From assembly GCA_937983015.1 (NCBI GenBank), contig CALKAK010000126.1:77-64076 (forward strand): a DNA stretch of 64,000 bases, written 5' to 3'. The DNA comes from an uncultured Bacillaceae bacterium. GTDB taxonomy: Bacteria; Bacillota; Bacilli; Bacillales; Caldibacillaceae. The position numbers and the translations under genes were made by a program. The notes below the pieces were generated by a model. The model saw only the letters and a program-made list of their open reading frames with translations. It was not told the DNA's origin and ran no database searches. Of this stretch, positions 50,806 to 59,728 are shown one piece after another. The stretch's first letter is position 1; each line of letters starts with the position of its first letter.

Positions 50806-51562
50806 CGGTATCCCTCGAAAACAGTTCATATAATTTCGTTTTTAACTCTGCTAATTGCACATCCACCCCGGCGACAATGCGCTCTCCTTCCGTTTCGATA
50901 ATACAATCGGTTGGCTCGAGTTTTTCATCCGGATAAATATACATTTGTTTTAAGTGGAAGTAGCGGGGTAGGAGTTCATCCTTTTTCTCCACCAAAATAG
51001 GGTATAGTTCCGGATGAACGTGTACATAAATCGTTTGATATTTCGCAGCCTCTTTAATCGCTTCTTGAACGAGGGAGTGAAAGCGTTCAGGATGAGCGGC
51101 CAGCTCCGCGTGTAGTATTTTTTCCGCTGCGGCAAGAGCAATCGCCAAAATCGTTTGATCGGCACGAGCGATCGTTTGTTGATAATCGACTTCCGCCGCT
51201 TTCACGATCGCGCAAGCTTTTTCAATAAGGTCTGTCACCTGTTTATAACCAGCCTGCTCACCCTTCGCAAATCCAGCTTCATAGCCACGTTTTTCTGCTT
51301 CTTGAAAAACTTGTTTTTTTTCCATGGCTAAAGCTTGTCGTTCTTGCTCGATACGATTACGGATCCGTTCGGCTTCTAATCGAGCTTTTTCGATAATTTC
51401 TTGCGCTTTCACCTCTGCTTCGGCAATGATTTTTCCGTTGTTCGCAGGTTCTGGAGTTTTTTGATTATTTATACCCGTTTTATCCCGTGGTCGGATCAAT
51501 TGAATCGGTATGATCTGTTCGTCATCAATAGGAAAAACCGTATTCTTGATCACATTAGACAA
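50792..51562 (-). CDS. fliH: Flagellar assembly protein FliH
   Basis: FliH/V-ATPase E-like coiled coil plus C-terminal domain. The start is uncertain. I favour the TTG at 51562, about 9 nt after GGAGGTG at the end of fliG. Alternatives are GTGs at 51601 and 51553. Confidence 0.85.
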   Translation of the reverse strand: MSNVIKNTVFPIDDEQIIPIQLIRPRDKTGINNQKTPEPANNGKIIAEAEVKAQEIIEKARLEAERIRNRIEQERQALAMEKKQVFQEAEKRGYEAGFAKGEQAGYKQVTDLIEKACAIVKAAEVDYQQTIARADQTILAIALAAAEKILHAELAAHPERFHSLVQEAIKEAAKYQTIYVHVHPELYPILVEKKDELLPRYFHLKQMYIYPDEKLEPTDCIIETEGERIVAGVDVQLAELKTKLYELFSRDTDATS

Positions 51563-52571
51563 TGATGTCGTCACCTCCACCACGGGCGATGATGATTTCA
51601 CCGGCTTCTTCCAACCTACGGATCACAGAGACGATGCGCATCTGTGCTTCTTCCACATCACGCAGCCGGACCGGACCCATAATTTCCATCTCTTCCTGAA
51701 AGTTTTCCCGCATCCGTTGTGACATATTGTTGAAAATGACTTGCCGTACTTCATCACTAGCCGCCTTTAAGGCAAGAAGGAGATCCTGGTTATCGACTTC
51801 CCGGATGACCAGCTGGATCGCTCGATTATCGAGAGTGACAATATCCTCAAAGACGAACATCCGCTTTTTGATTTCTTCGGCTAATTCCGGATCCCGGGCG
51901 GATAGATTTTCCAGAATGGTTTTTTCCGTCGTACGATCCACATCATTGAGGACTTCTACGACGGTATCGATTCCTCCGGTCTTCGTGTAATCATGAGTAA
52001 ATGTAGCTGATAGTTTTTGTTCCAGCATTTCTTCCACTTCATAAATGATTTCCGGTGATGTACTATCCATTAAGGCAATGCGCCGGGCGACATCCGCCTG
52101 CATCTCCTGAGGTAAGTTGGAGAGAATCTGTCCGGCCTGTGCCGGGTCCAGGTAAGATAAGATTAAAGCGATGGTTTGTGGATGTTCATTCTGAATAAAA
52201 TTGAGAATTTGGTTCGGGTCAGCTTTCCGGGCGAAATCAAAGGGACGAACCTGTAAAGATGATGTCAGACGATTGATGATCGTTGCGGCGGCTTCAGGGC
52301 CGAGGGATTTTTCCAGGAGCATTTTGGCATAAGCGATACCACCCTGGGTGATATAATCCTGAGCGACAGCCATATTGTAAAATTCTTCAACAACCTTTTC
52401 CTTCAGGTCAGGGGTGACATTTTTGATCGTTGAAATCTCCAGGGTTAACTCTTCAATTTCCTCTTCCGTCAAGTGTTTATAAATGGAAGCGGCGGTATCA
52501 GGACCTAAAGTGATCATCAAGATGGCCGCTTTTTGTTTACCTGTTATTCCCTTACGTGTAGACATTTCCAT
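51555..52571 (-). CDS. fliG: Flagellar motor switch protein FliG
   Basis: 338 aa, canonical FliG (…GKQKAAILMITLGPD…). Confidence 0.97.
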   Translation of the reverse strand: MEMSTRKGITGKQKAAILMITLGPDTAASIYKHLTEEEIEELTLEISTIKNVTPDLKEKVVEEFYNMAVAQDYITQGGIAYAKMLLEKSLGPEAAATIINRLTSSLQVRPFDFARKADPNQILNFIQNEHPQTIALILSYLDPAQAGQILSNLPQEMQADVARRIALMDSTSPEIIYEVEEMLEQKLSATFTHDYTKTGGIDTVVEVLNDVDRTTEKTILENLSARDPELAEEIKKRMFVFEDIVTLDNRAIQLVIREVDNQDLLLALKAASDEVRQVIFNNMSQRMRENFQEEMEIMGPVRLRDVEEAQMRIVSVIRRLEEAGEIIIARGGGDDIIV

Positions 52572-52576
52572 CCCCC

Positions 52577-54190
52577 CTATTCCTGCGAAAGCCAGGTACG
52601 CAGCAGTTTGACCAGCTCTTCTGGCTTTTCTTTAGCCAATTTCTCGATGCGCCGCAACCGGATCGTATCCTCTGTTTCGGTTTCACCATCAATTTCCGGA
52701 ATTTCTAACGCTGCCTGTTGCTGATCACGTAACTTATTGAGTTCTTCTTCAAGACGAAGTTCATCGAGACGACGTTTCCGATTGAAAAATAGAATGATAG
52801 CAATAATGAGCATTACAAAGAGAGCGATAATTCCATAAATCCATATCGGTATCGCGGAGTCTGCTTGTGACTCGTCCTCACCTTCCGCCCTGCCAAGGAG
52901 TGGTTGGAAAGAGACCGCAATTTTTTCATCGAGCGTTGCATCGGTTAGTTCATCTTCAAGTTCGTCTTTGGCAATGGTTGTCCGGATGATCGTACCCAAA
53001 ATTTGTTTGATGTCTTCTTCGATCGCGCGAGGAACAATGCCGGCGTTTTCCTCGGGAGGTTCAGCGATCACCTGAATCCCGATATCGCGAATTTTATAGG
53101 GGCTTTCAACAATCTCCCGGCGAATACGATTTACCTCATTATTAATCGTCTCTTCAATCCGTTCATATTCGCCACCTTCACCGGATCCTTCAACATAGCT
53201 CCCCCCCTCAAATGTATCACCGGGATCTTCTGCCTGAGGAATCCCGCCGGCCGCATCGTCACCGGTATACGATTCTTCCAGGCGTTGAACACTGATCGCG
53301 ATCCCTTCCAAATTCTCTTCATCTACCGGTTCGACTAAATCTTCAGTCCGATTTTCTTGCGTAAAGTCGATATCCGCTGTTACCGAGACGACCACATTGT
53401 TATGTCCCATGATCGAGCCGAGCAAACTCTGAACTTGCCGTTGAATATCCCGTTCGATTTCCTTTTTGATGTTATATTGGATCTCAAATTGATTACCATA
53501 AGCATAATTTCCGCCTTGATATAAATCATAATACTGAAAGTTTTGGTCCATGATGACGATATTATCCATAGGGAGGTTAGGGATGGATTTAGATACCAGG
53601 GTATAGAGTGCCCGGATTTGCTGTTCGGTGAAATGGTAGCCGGGCTCCACGGTCAAGACTATTGAAGCTGAAGCTTCCTCATTTGTATCCCGGACGAATA
53701 TGCCTGGTTCCGGTAAACTGATCATTACATTGGCCTTGCGGATCCCTTCAATATTTTCGATCAAATTTTCCAATTCCGTTTGCATCGCATCCAATTTCAT
53801 CACATTAAATTCATCATCGGTCATCCCGAGCCCGACATTCTCACTAAAAAAAGAGTAATCGATATTGCCGGATTCAGGAATTCCCTCCGCGGCCAATTCT
53901 ACAAGGAGCGTTTCCACCTGGTCTTCTGGCACCAAAATCGTGGTCCCATCATCGGCGATCTTAGACGGGACTCCCCTGGCATCTAATGCTTCCTTAATAC
54001 TCCCGGTTTCTTTAGGTGTCAAATTACTGTAGAGGGGTACCATCGGTGTGTAAGTTACAAAGTAGATGAGAGTGACGATGAAAATTATAAAAATGAGAAC
54101 CGATCCGATGAAGATCCCCTTTTGTTTTGTTGTTTTTTCTTGCCAGTACTTTTTGAATTTTTCTATGTATGCTTGCATTTTCTCCTTCAT
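52577..54190 (-). CDS. fliF: Flagellar MS-ring protein FliF
   Basis: 537 aa with N- and C-terminal TM helices and a YscJ/FliF domain. Confidence 0.96.
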   Translation of the reverse strand: MKEKMQAYIEKFKKYWQEKTTKQKGIFIGSVLIFIIFIVTLIYFVTYTPMVPLYSNLTPKETGSIKEALDARGVPSKIADDGTTILVPEDQVETLLVELAAEGIPESGNIDYSFFSENVGLGMTDDEFNVMKLDAMQTELENLIENIEGIRKANVMISLPEPGIFVRDTNEEASASIVLTVEPGYHFTEQQIRALYTLVSKSIPNLPMDNIVIMDQNFQYYDLYQGGNYAYGNQFEIQYNIKKEIERDIQRQVQSLLGSIMGHNNVVVSVTADIDFTQENRTEDLVEPVDEENLEGIAISVQRLEESYTGDDAAGGIPQAEDPGDTFEGGSYVEGSGEGGEYERIEETINNEVNRIRREIVESPYKIRDIGIQVIAEPPEENAGIVPRAIEEDIKQILGTIIRTTIAKDELEDELTDATLDEKIAVSFQPLLGRAEGEDESQADSAIPIWIYGIIALFVMLIIAIILFFNRKRRLDELRLEEELNKLRDQQQAALEIPEIDGETETEDTIRLRRIEKLAKEKPEELVKLLRTWLSQE

Positions 54191-54232
54191 CTATCTCGCT
54201 CCGAAATCATTCTTTGCTCGCCCGATTCTGAA

Positions 54233-54535
54233 TTAAATTTGCATTCGCATCATTTCTTGATAGGCTTCCACAACTTTATTCCTGACCTCGAGGGCTAGAT
54301 TCAATGTGATCGAGGCCTTTTGTGAGGCGATCATTACATCGTGCAACTGAACCGCTTCCCCATTGGCAAGACGTTGTACCAATTGATCGGCTTCAACTTG
54401 GGAATGGTTAACTCGTTCAATGGCGTTTTTTAAAATTTGTCCGAACTGTTTTCCAGCTTCTGCAGGAGTCACATGTTGCGAACGGTTGGAACTCACGTTA
54501 TGAGCAGGAAATGAATGAATGGATTGGATGGGCAT
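54233..54535 (-). CDS. fliE: Flagellar hook-basal body protein FliE
   Basis: C-terminal ...HDVMIASQKASITLNLALEVRNKVVEAYQEMMRMQI. I prefer the start at 54535 (GGTGGA upstream). The track start at 54559 lacks an SD. Confidence 0.88.
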   Translation of the reverse strand: MPIQSIHSFPAHNVSSNRSQHVTPAEAGKQFGQILKNAIERVNHSQVEADQLVQRLANGEAVQLHDVMIASQKASITLNLALEVRNKVVEAYQEMMRMQI

Positions 54536-54595
54536 TTTTCCACCAACTTTCTTAGCCATAATAGTGTGTAAGATTTAACACTTTTGTTTTCAAAG

Positions 54596-55039
54596 TTATT
54601 TACCGATTTCCAATGCTTTCAGTAGCATGTTTTTGGAAGCATTTATAACGGTTACGTTCGCTTCATAAGAACGGGTTGCACTAATTAAGTCCACCATTTC
54701 TTTCAACGGATCGACATTAGGCATGGCGACGAACCCATTTTCATCCGCATCTGGATGGGTGGGATCGTACATGCGCGGAAAAGGCGTAGGATCATTGATA
54801 ATCCTTCTGATCTGAACGCCTCCAGAACTAGAACTTTTGCTTTTTGCTTTTTGTAAAAAGGATGAAAACGATGGTTTTTGTTCCTCCATAATCACCATCT
54901 TCCGCTGATACGGTTGCCACTGACCGTTCACATAACGTCCGCGAGTGGTTTCCATATTCGCGATGTTACTGGCAACCACATCCATCCGTAATCTCTGGGC
55001 GGTTAATGCCGAAGCCGAAATATTAAGGCTCGAAAACAA
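54596..55039 (-). CDS. flgC: Flagellar basal-body rod protein FlgC
   Basis: 147 aa, ...LNISASALTAQRLRMDVVASNIAN... Confidence 0.95.
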   Translation of the reverse strand: MFSSLNISASALTAQRLRMDVVASNIANMETTRGRYVNGQWQPYQRKMVIMEEQKPSFSSFLQKAKSKSSSSGGVQIRRIINDPTPFPRMYDPTHPDADENGFVAMPNVDPLKEMVDLISATRSYEANVTVINASKNMLLKALEIGK

Positions 55040-55041
55040 GG

Positions 55042-55434
55042 TTATTTCCCTCCCCGGATGACCGTCTGTAACGTTCGCAATTTCCCGCTAAGGATATCGG
55101 TCATCGTTTGATAATAAATCTGGTTTTTGGCCAATTCCGCCATTTCATAATCGATATCGACACTATTTCCATTATGGTGATAGCGGAGATTTTTTCGTGT
55201 TGTGATTTGAATTTGCGGAACCCTTGATTGAAATGGAATGTGGCGTTCATCCGTCCGTTTTGCCTGTATTCGTTTTTCGAGAGCATCATGTAAGTAAGCG
55301 CTAAACTGTACGTCTTTTGCTTTATAATTCGGCGTATCTGCGTTTGCGATGTTATGAGCGATCACGTTTTGCTTTACGCTGGAATAATCCAGGGCTTTTT
55401 CCAGCAACGCAATTGTTCCGGTAAATAGCACCAT
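55042..55434 (-). CDS. flgB: Flagellar basal-body rod protein FlgB
   Basis: The start was set at the ATG at 55434 (MVLFTGTIALLEKALDYSSVKQNVIAHNIANADTPNYKAK), preceded by GGGAGG, giving 130 aa like B. subtilis FlgB. Confidence 0.93.
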   Translation of the reverse strand: MVLFTGTIALLEKALDYSSVKQNVIAHNIANADTPNYKAKDVQFSAYLHDALEKRIQAKRTDERHIPFQSRVPQIQITTRKNLRYHHNGNSVDIDYEMAELAKNQIYYQTMTDILSGKLRTLQTVIRGGK

Positions 55435-55741
55435 CCTCGCCTCCCGTATGCCGTTCGACAAATCTCAGCAAAATTTTCCATTTGATATTAATAGTAAATT
55501 CCTTTCGGGCTAATGTCTACCAAAAAAGTGGTAAATATTATAGTACTTTTTACTCAATTTCAAATATTAAATTCCCTTAATTTATTATAATACATGATTT
55601 TCGTTGTAAATAGACAATTTTCCGACAAAAATTGACATGATCTGACAAAATTCTTTTAATGAATCGACAAAATTTCTCCATACCTTTGTCCTATTCTATC
55701 CAAAATTTTGAAGGGATTTTGTCGGATATGACCTAATAAAT
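55435..55741 (-). promoter_or_regulatory. fla/che control region: two TATAAT boxes and multiple TTTGTC-core repeats
   Basis: AT-rich 307-bp spacer. Minus-strand TATAAT boxes at 55589-55584 (with TTTACA 15 nt upstream) and 55542-55537 (with TTGAAA 15 nt upstream). Both spacers are short, so the transcription start assignment is uncertain. The repeats are described under findings. Confidence 0.5.
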
Positions 55742-55770
55742 AAAAAAAGACAGGGATATATTTCCCTGCC
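55742..55770 (-). terminator. Rho-independent terminator after codY
   Basis: Minus strand: GGCAGGGAAATATATCCCTGTC followed by TTTTTTT, 9 nt after the codY stop. Confidence 0.8.
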
Positions 55771-55778
55771 TTACTATG

Positions 55779-56555
55779 TTATGATCTAACTTTTTCCAAT
55801 TCTTCCAAAAAGTTTTCATTCAAAACTTTGATAAAGGTACCTTTCATGCCGAGGGAACGGGATTCGATCACACCGGCACTTTCCAGTTTCCGCAACGCGT
55901 TAACGATGACCGAACGGGTAATTCCGACACGATCGGCCACTTTCGATGCGACGAGCAAACCTTCTGTTCCGTTTAATTCTTCAAAAATATGTTCGATCGC
56001 TTCCAGTTCGCTGTAGGAAAGGGAGCTAATCGCCATTTGTACTACGGCTTTGCTGCGGGCTTCCTGCTCGATCTCTTCTGCTTTTTCCCGTAAAATTTCT
56101 AAACCGACGACCGTTGCCCCGTATTCGGCGAGGATCAGGTCATCGTCGTCAAACTCCTCATCGAGTCGGGATAAAAGCAAGGTACCGAGGCGTTCACCAC
56201 CACCGATGATCGGTACAACCGTTGTCAAACTATTTTGGAACATGTCTTTATTTTCCTCAGGAAAAGCGGTGTACTTGCTGTGAATGTCAAGATTCGCTGT
56301 TGTCTCCTGTAATTCAAGAAGACTGTTTGTGTACTCTTCCGGGAACTGTCTTTCTTCAAGCATCTTTTTCATCCGCTCGTTTTCTACTTTCTGCATGATC
56401 GCATAACCAAGCAGTTTCCCGCGACGGGAGACGATAAATACATTAGCACCGATGACTTCGGATAAAGTAGCGGACATTTCATTAAAGTTAACAGGATTGC
56501 TCCCCGTTTGCTGCAAAAGTCTGTTAATTTTTCGTGTTCTTGATAGTAGATTCAT
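55779..56555 (-). CDS. codY: GTP/BCAA-sensing global regulator CodY
   Basis: The start was set at the ATG at 56555 ([15 protein letters not shown]), with AGGAGG 8 nt upstream, giving 258 aa. It has a GAF domain and the w[41 protein letters not shown]. Confidence 0.96.
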   Translation of the reverse strand: MNLLSRTRKINRLLQQTGSNPVNFNEMSATLSEVIGANVFIVSRRGKLLGYAIMQKVENERMKKMLEERQFPEEYTNSLLELQETTANLDIHSKYTAFPEENKDMFQNSLTTVVPIIGGGERLGTLLLSRLDEEFDDDDLILAEYGATVVGLEILREKAEEIEQEARSKAVVQMAISSLSYSELEAIEHIFEELNGTEGLLVASKVADRVGITRSVIVNALRKLESAGVIESRSLGMKGTFIKVLNENFLEELEKVRS

Positions 56556-56621
56556 ATTTCGGCCTCCTAATTTGAAATTTTTACCATCTTCTGCAAATAG
56601 TATGAGCAAAAAAGTTACAAA

Positions 56622-58043
56622 TTATAAAATATAGCGGGTTAAATCTTTATTTTTTGTAATCGTTCCAAGTTTTTCGTCCACATATTTTGGCGTGATCGTG
56701 ATCTCCTCCATATGGATATCCGGAGCTTCAAAGGAAAGATCTTCCAGCAATTTCTCCATGATCGTGTACAGACGGCGAGCACCGATATTATCGGTATCCT
56801 GATTTACTTCATAGGCGATTTCCGCGATTCTACGTATAGCTTCGTCAGAAAATTCAATTTTTATACCTTCCGTTTCCATTAATGCCTGATATTGTTTAAT
56901 GATGGCATTATCCGTTTCTACTAAGATGCGGACAAAATCATCGACGGTCAGTTTTTGTAATTCCACACGAATCGGAAAGCGACCTTGTAACTCAGGGATT
57001 AAATCCGATGGTTTGGACATATGAAACGCACCGGCTGCGATGAATAAAATATGATCGGTTTTAACCGGACCGTATTTCGTCACAACGGTGGAACCTTCAA
57101 CGATCGGCAAAATATCACGCTGAACCCCTTCACGGGAAACATCGACGTTTCCTGAACTAGAATTACGGGTGGCGATTTTATCGATTTCATCGATGAAGAT
57201 GATTCCCTTTTGTTCCGCCCGTTCGATCGCCTCTTGTACAACTTCATCCATGTCGATTAATTTCTGGGCTTCCTCATTGATGAGAACCTTTCTTGCCTCT
57301 TTGACAGGAAGACGCTTTTTCTTACGTTTTTTCGGGAATAAGTTTCCAAACATATTTTGCATATCCATGCCCATCTGTTCCATTCCAGTCCCTTGAAATA
57401 GATCGAACATCGAAGGCGTCTGTTCTTCCACCTCAATGGTGACAAGTTCATCTTCCAGTTCACCTTTTGCCAGTTTTTCCCGAACGGTTCGGCGTCGTTC
57501 TGAAATGTCCGTATCTTCTGCCGTCATATCCGGTTGTTCTTCCGGCTCGGCCCCTCCCCCGAACAAGATTTCAAAGGGATTTCTTGCCGCATGGGTCCGT
57601 TTTCGCGATGGAACAAGCAGGTGAACAAGGCGATTTTCCGCGTTGATCGCGGCCTGACTTTGCACTTTTTTCATTTTTTCTTGTTGTACCATCCGTACGC
57701 TTGTCTCGACAAGATCGCGGACCATCGATTCTACATCCCTGCCGACATACCCTACTTCCGTAAATTTCGTCGCTTCCACTTTGACAAAAGGTGCGTTAAC
57801 GATCCTGGCCATACGACGGGCGATTTCCGTTTTCCCGACGCCTGTAGGGCCGATCATAAGTATGTTTTTCGGGATGATTTCATCTCGTATATTTTCAGGT
57901 AAAAGGCTGCGACGATAGCGATTGCGTAACGCGATCGCCACAGCCCTTTTTGCTTCCGTTTGACCAACGATATACTGATCAAGCTTTTCAACAATTTGTC
58001 GCGGTGTTAAATATGATTCCAATTGATTTTGTTCTCCGCTCAT
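56622..58043 (-). CDS. hslU: ATP-dependent protease ATPase subunit HslU (ClpY)
   Basis: 473 aa with Walker [14 protein letters not shown] and an AAA+ domain with the I-domain insert. Confidence 0.96.
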   Translation of the reverse strand: MSGEQNQLESYLTPRQIVEKLDQYIVGQTEAKRAVAIALRNRYRRSLLPENIRDEIIPKNILMIGPTGVGKTEIARRMARIVNAPFVKVEATKFTEVGYVGRDVESMVRDLVETSVRMVQQEKMKKVQSQAAINAENRLVHLLVPSRKRTHAARNPFEILFGGGAEPEEQPDMTAEDTDISERRRTVREKLAKGELEDELVTIEVEEQTPSMFDLFQGTGMEQMGMDMQNMFGNLFPKKRKKKRLPVKEARKVLINEEAQKLIDMDEVVQEAIERAEQKGIIFIDEIDKIATRNSSSGNVDVSREGVQRDILPIVEGSTVVTKYGPVKTDHILFIAAGAFHMSKPSDLIPELQGRFPIRVELQKLTVDDFVRILVETDNAIIKQYQALMETEGIKIEFSDEAIRRIAEIAYEVNQDTDNIGARRLYTIMEKLLEDLSFEAPDIHMEEITITPKYVDEKLGTITKNKDLTRYIL

Positions 58044-58091
58044 TATTCTTACACTCCTTACCCGTTAATATCCGATTATAAAACGAATTTG

Positions 58092-58634
58092 TCAAATTTC
58101 TTCGACAATAATTTGATCATTCGTATATACACAAATTTCGCTGGCGATCTTCAATGATTCTTCTGCGATTTCTCGTGCGGTCAGCTTTTCACCCGCATGC
58201 TTTTTCAAAGCCCGGGCTGCCGCAAGGGCAAAATTCCCACCTGACCCGATCGCCAAGATTCCATCATCCGGTTCGATCACTTCACCGGTTCCGGAAACTA
58301 ATAATAGTTGTTCACGGTCCATGACGATCAGCATCGCTTCTAACTTGCGCAAAACACGATCGCTACGCCATTCTTTTGCAAGTTCCACCGCAGCCCGGGT
58401 CAAATTTCCATTATATTCTTCCAGCTTTCCCTCAAATAATTCGTATAACGTAAAGGCATCGGCTACGGAACCGGCAAAACCAGCCAGTACCCGGCCGTTA
58501 AATAGTTTTCGAACCTTTCTCGCTGTGTGTTTCATCACAACTTGCTGGCCGAGAGTTACTTGTCCGTCTCCCGCCATGGCACCCTGTCCCTTGTGTTGAA
58601 TCGCTAAAATCGTCGTCGCATGAAACTGTCCCAC
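58092..58634 (-). CDS. hslV: ATP-dependent protease subunit HslV (ClpQ)
   Basis: The N-terminal ...[13 protein letters not shown] matches B. subtilis ClpQ. The start was set at the GTG at 58634, 9 nt after AAAGG. The ATG at 58643 abuts the SD. The track start at 58706 lies inside xerC. Confidence 0.9.
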   Translation of the reverse strand: MGQFHATTILAIQHKGQGAMAGDGQVTLGQQVVMKHTARKVRKLFNGRVLAGFAGSVADAFTLYELFEGKLEEYNGNLTRAAVELAKEWRSDRVLRKLEAMLIVMDREQLLLVSGTGEVIEPDDGILAIGSGGNFALAAARALKKHAGEKLTAREIAEESLKIASEICVYTNDQIIVEEI

Positions 58635-58647
58635 GTAAACCATCCTT

Positions 58648-59550
58648 TCATTTCGCACGCGGATGATGTGCATGATAGTTTTTTTGTAAGAATTCATTCG
58701 ACACATGGGTGTAAATCTGTGTCGTTGATAGTCGGGAATGACCGAGGAGTTCCTGAACGCTACGTAGATCGGCGCCTTGATTCAATAAATGGGTGGCGAA
58801 GGTATGGCGGAACATATGGGGATGAACTTGTTGCGTCATACCGGCCTTTTCTATGATCCGCTGTAAAATATGGCGGATCCCCCGTGATGTGAGCGGTCCA
58901 CCGCGATGATTGACAAATAAAAAAGCATGGTCCTCTTGTCCACTCAATAATTTTTTCCTGCCATCTGCTATGTATACTTGTATTGCCTGTTTCGCATAAG
59001 AGCCAAAAGGAACATAACGCTCTTTTCTACCTTTACCACGTACTAAAACGACGTCCGTCGCAAGATCAAGATCAGCAAGCTTAATTCCGCTACATTCACT
59101 CACCCGGATACCAGTGGCATATAAAAATTCCACCAGCGCCTTGTCCCGCTGCCCCAGCGGTGTTGAGGTGTCGATCGTTTGCAACAATTTGGTCATTTCT
59201 TCTTCATAAAAGAATGCGGGTAAACGTTTTTCGAGTTTGGGAATGGAAACGTGCAGAAACGGATTGTACTCACACAATGATTCGCGCTCTAAAAATTTAT
59301 AAAATGTACGCAAACAGGAGATCTTTCGGGCAACCGATTTTTTGGCGAAGCGTTTTTTGTGAAGTTCCGTTAAATACAGGCGGGCATCTTGATCCGTCAC
59401 TTCGGTCGGAGAGGTGATCGCCTGTTCTTTAAGAAAACAAAAAAAATGTTCGAGATCCTTCTGATAGGCGGCCACCGTGTACTCCGAATAGTTTTTCTCC
59501 AGCTGTAAAAATTCCGTAAACGATCGTAACAATTGTCGGAATTCAGCCAT
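58648..59550 (-). CDS. xerC: Tyrosine site-specific recombinase XerC (CodV)
   Basis: The start was set at the ATG at 59550 ([25 protein letters not shown]), preceded by GAGGTG. The catalytic signature ...[12 protein letters not shown]...[15 protein letters not shown] is present. Confidence 0.93.
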   Translation of the reverse strand: MAEFRQLLRSFTEFLQLEKNYSEYTVAAYQKDLEHFFCFLKEQAITSPTEVTDQDARLYLTELHKKRFAKKSVARKISCLRTFYKFLERESLCEYNPFLHVSIPKLEKRLPAFFYEEEMTKLLQTIDTSTPLGQRDKALVEFLYATGIRVSECSGIKLADLDLATDVVLVRGKGRKERYVPFGSYAKQAIQVYIADGRKKLLSGQEDHAFLFVNHRGGPLTSRGIRHILQRIIEKAGMTQQVHPHMFRHTFATHLLNQGADLRSVQELLGHSRLSTTQIYTHVSNEFLQKNYHAHHPRAK

Positions 59551-59577
59551 AGTCTCACCTCTTGTGAAAGCTATTTC

Positions 59578-59606
59578 ATGATAACACAACTTTTTGAAAA
59601 TTGCAA
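59578..59606 (-). promoter_or_regulatory. Sigma-A-type promoter for xerC-hslVU-codY
   Basis: Minus strand: TTGCAA (59606-59601), 17 nt, TGtTATCAT (extended -10, 59583-59578). It lies about 28 nt upstream of the xerC ATG. Confidence 0.6.
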
Positions 59607-59698
59607 TGGTTGTTCACAATCTTTTCAAAAATTTCTGAATTCCGTATTCCCTCGGGTCTTTTGTCCTGTATAATAAAATAGGCGCCCCGTTTGTTAGG

Positions 59699-59728
59699 AA
59701 TAAATTAGGAGTAGCAAGGTGCTACTCC
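59699..59728 (-). terminator. Terminator overlapping the topA stop codon
   Basis: Minus strand: GGAGTAGCA-CCT-TGCTACTCC (9-bp stem that includes the TAG stop) followed by TAATTTATT. Confidence 0.55.

Larger units (their letters stand above)
27262..55434 (-). other. Complete fla/che (flagellar basal body/hook/export and chemotaxis) operon, flgB through swrB, about 28 kb and 34 ORFs
   Basis: Uninterrupted co-directional genes, many with overlapping or abutting stop and start codons. The gene order matches the B. subtilis fla/che operon, with two additional small ORFs (45527-45916 and 27802-28107). Confidence 0.9.

Noticed and set aside
55435-55741. A sigma-D (TAAA-N15-GCCGATAT) promoter upstream of flgB (the P_D3 equivalent), and internal sigma-D promoters near ylxF and sigD.
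   Set aside because: I found only partial -10-like strings (for example GCCCGAAA near 55501-55510 and CCGACAAA near 55721-55728), none with a correctly spaced TAAA -35. The evidence is not good enough to call. A position weight matrix scan would be needed.
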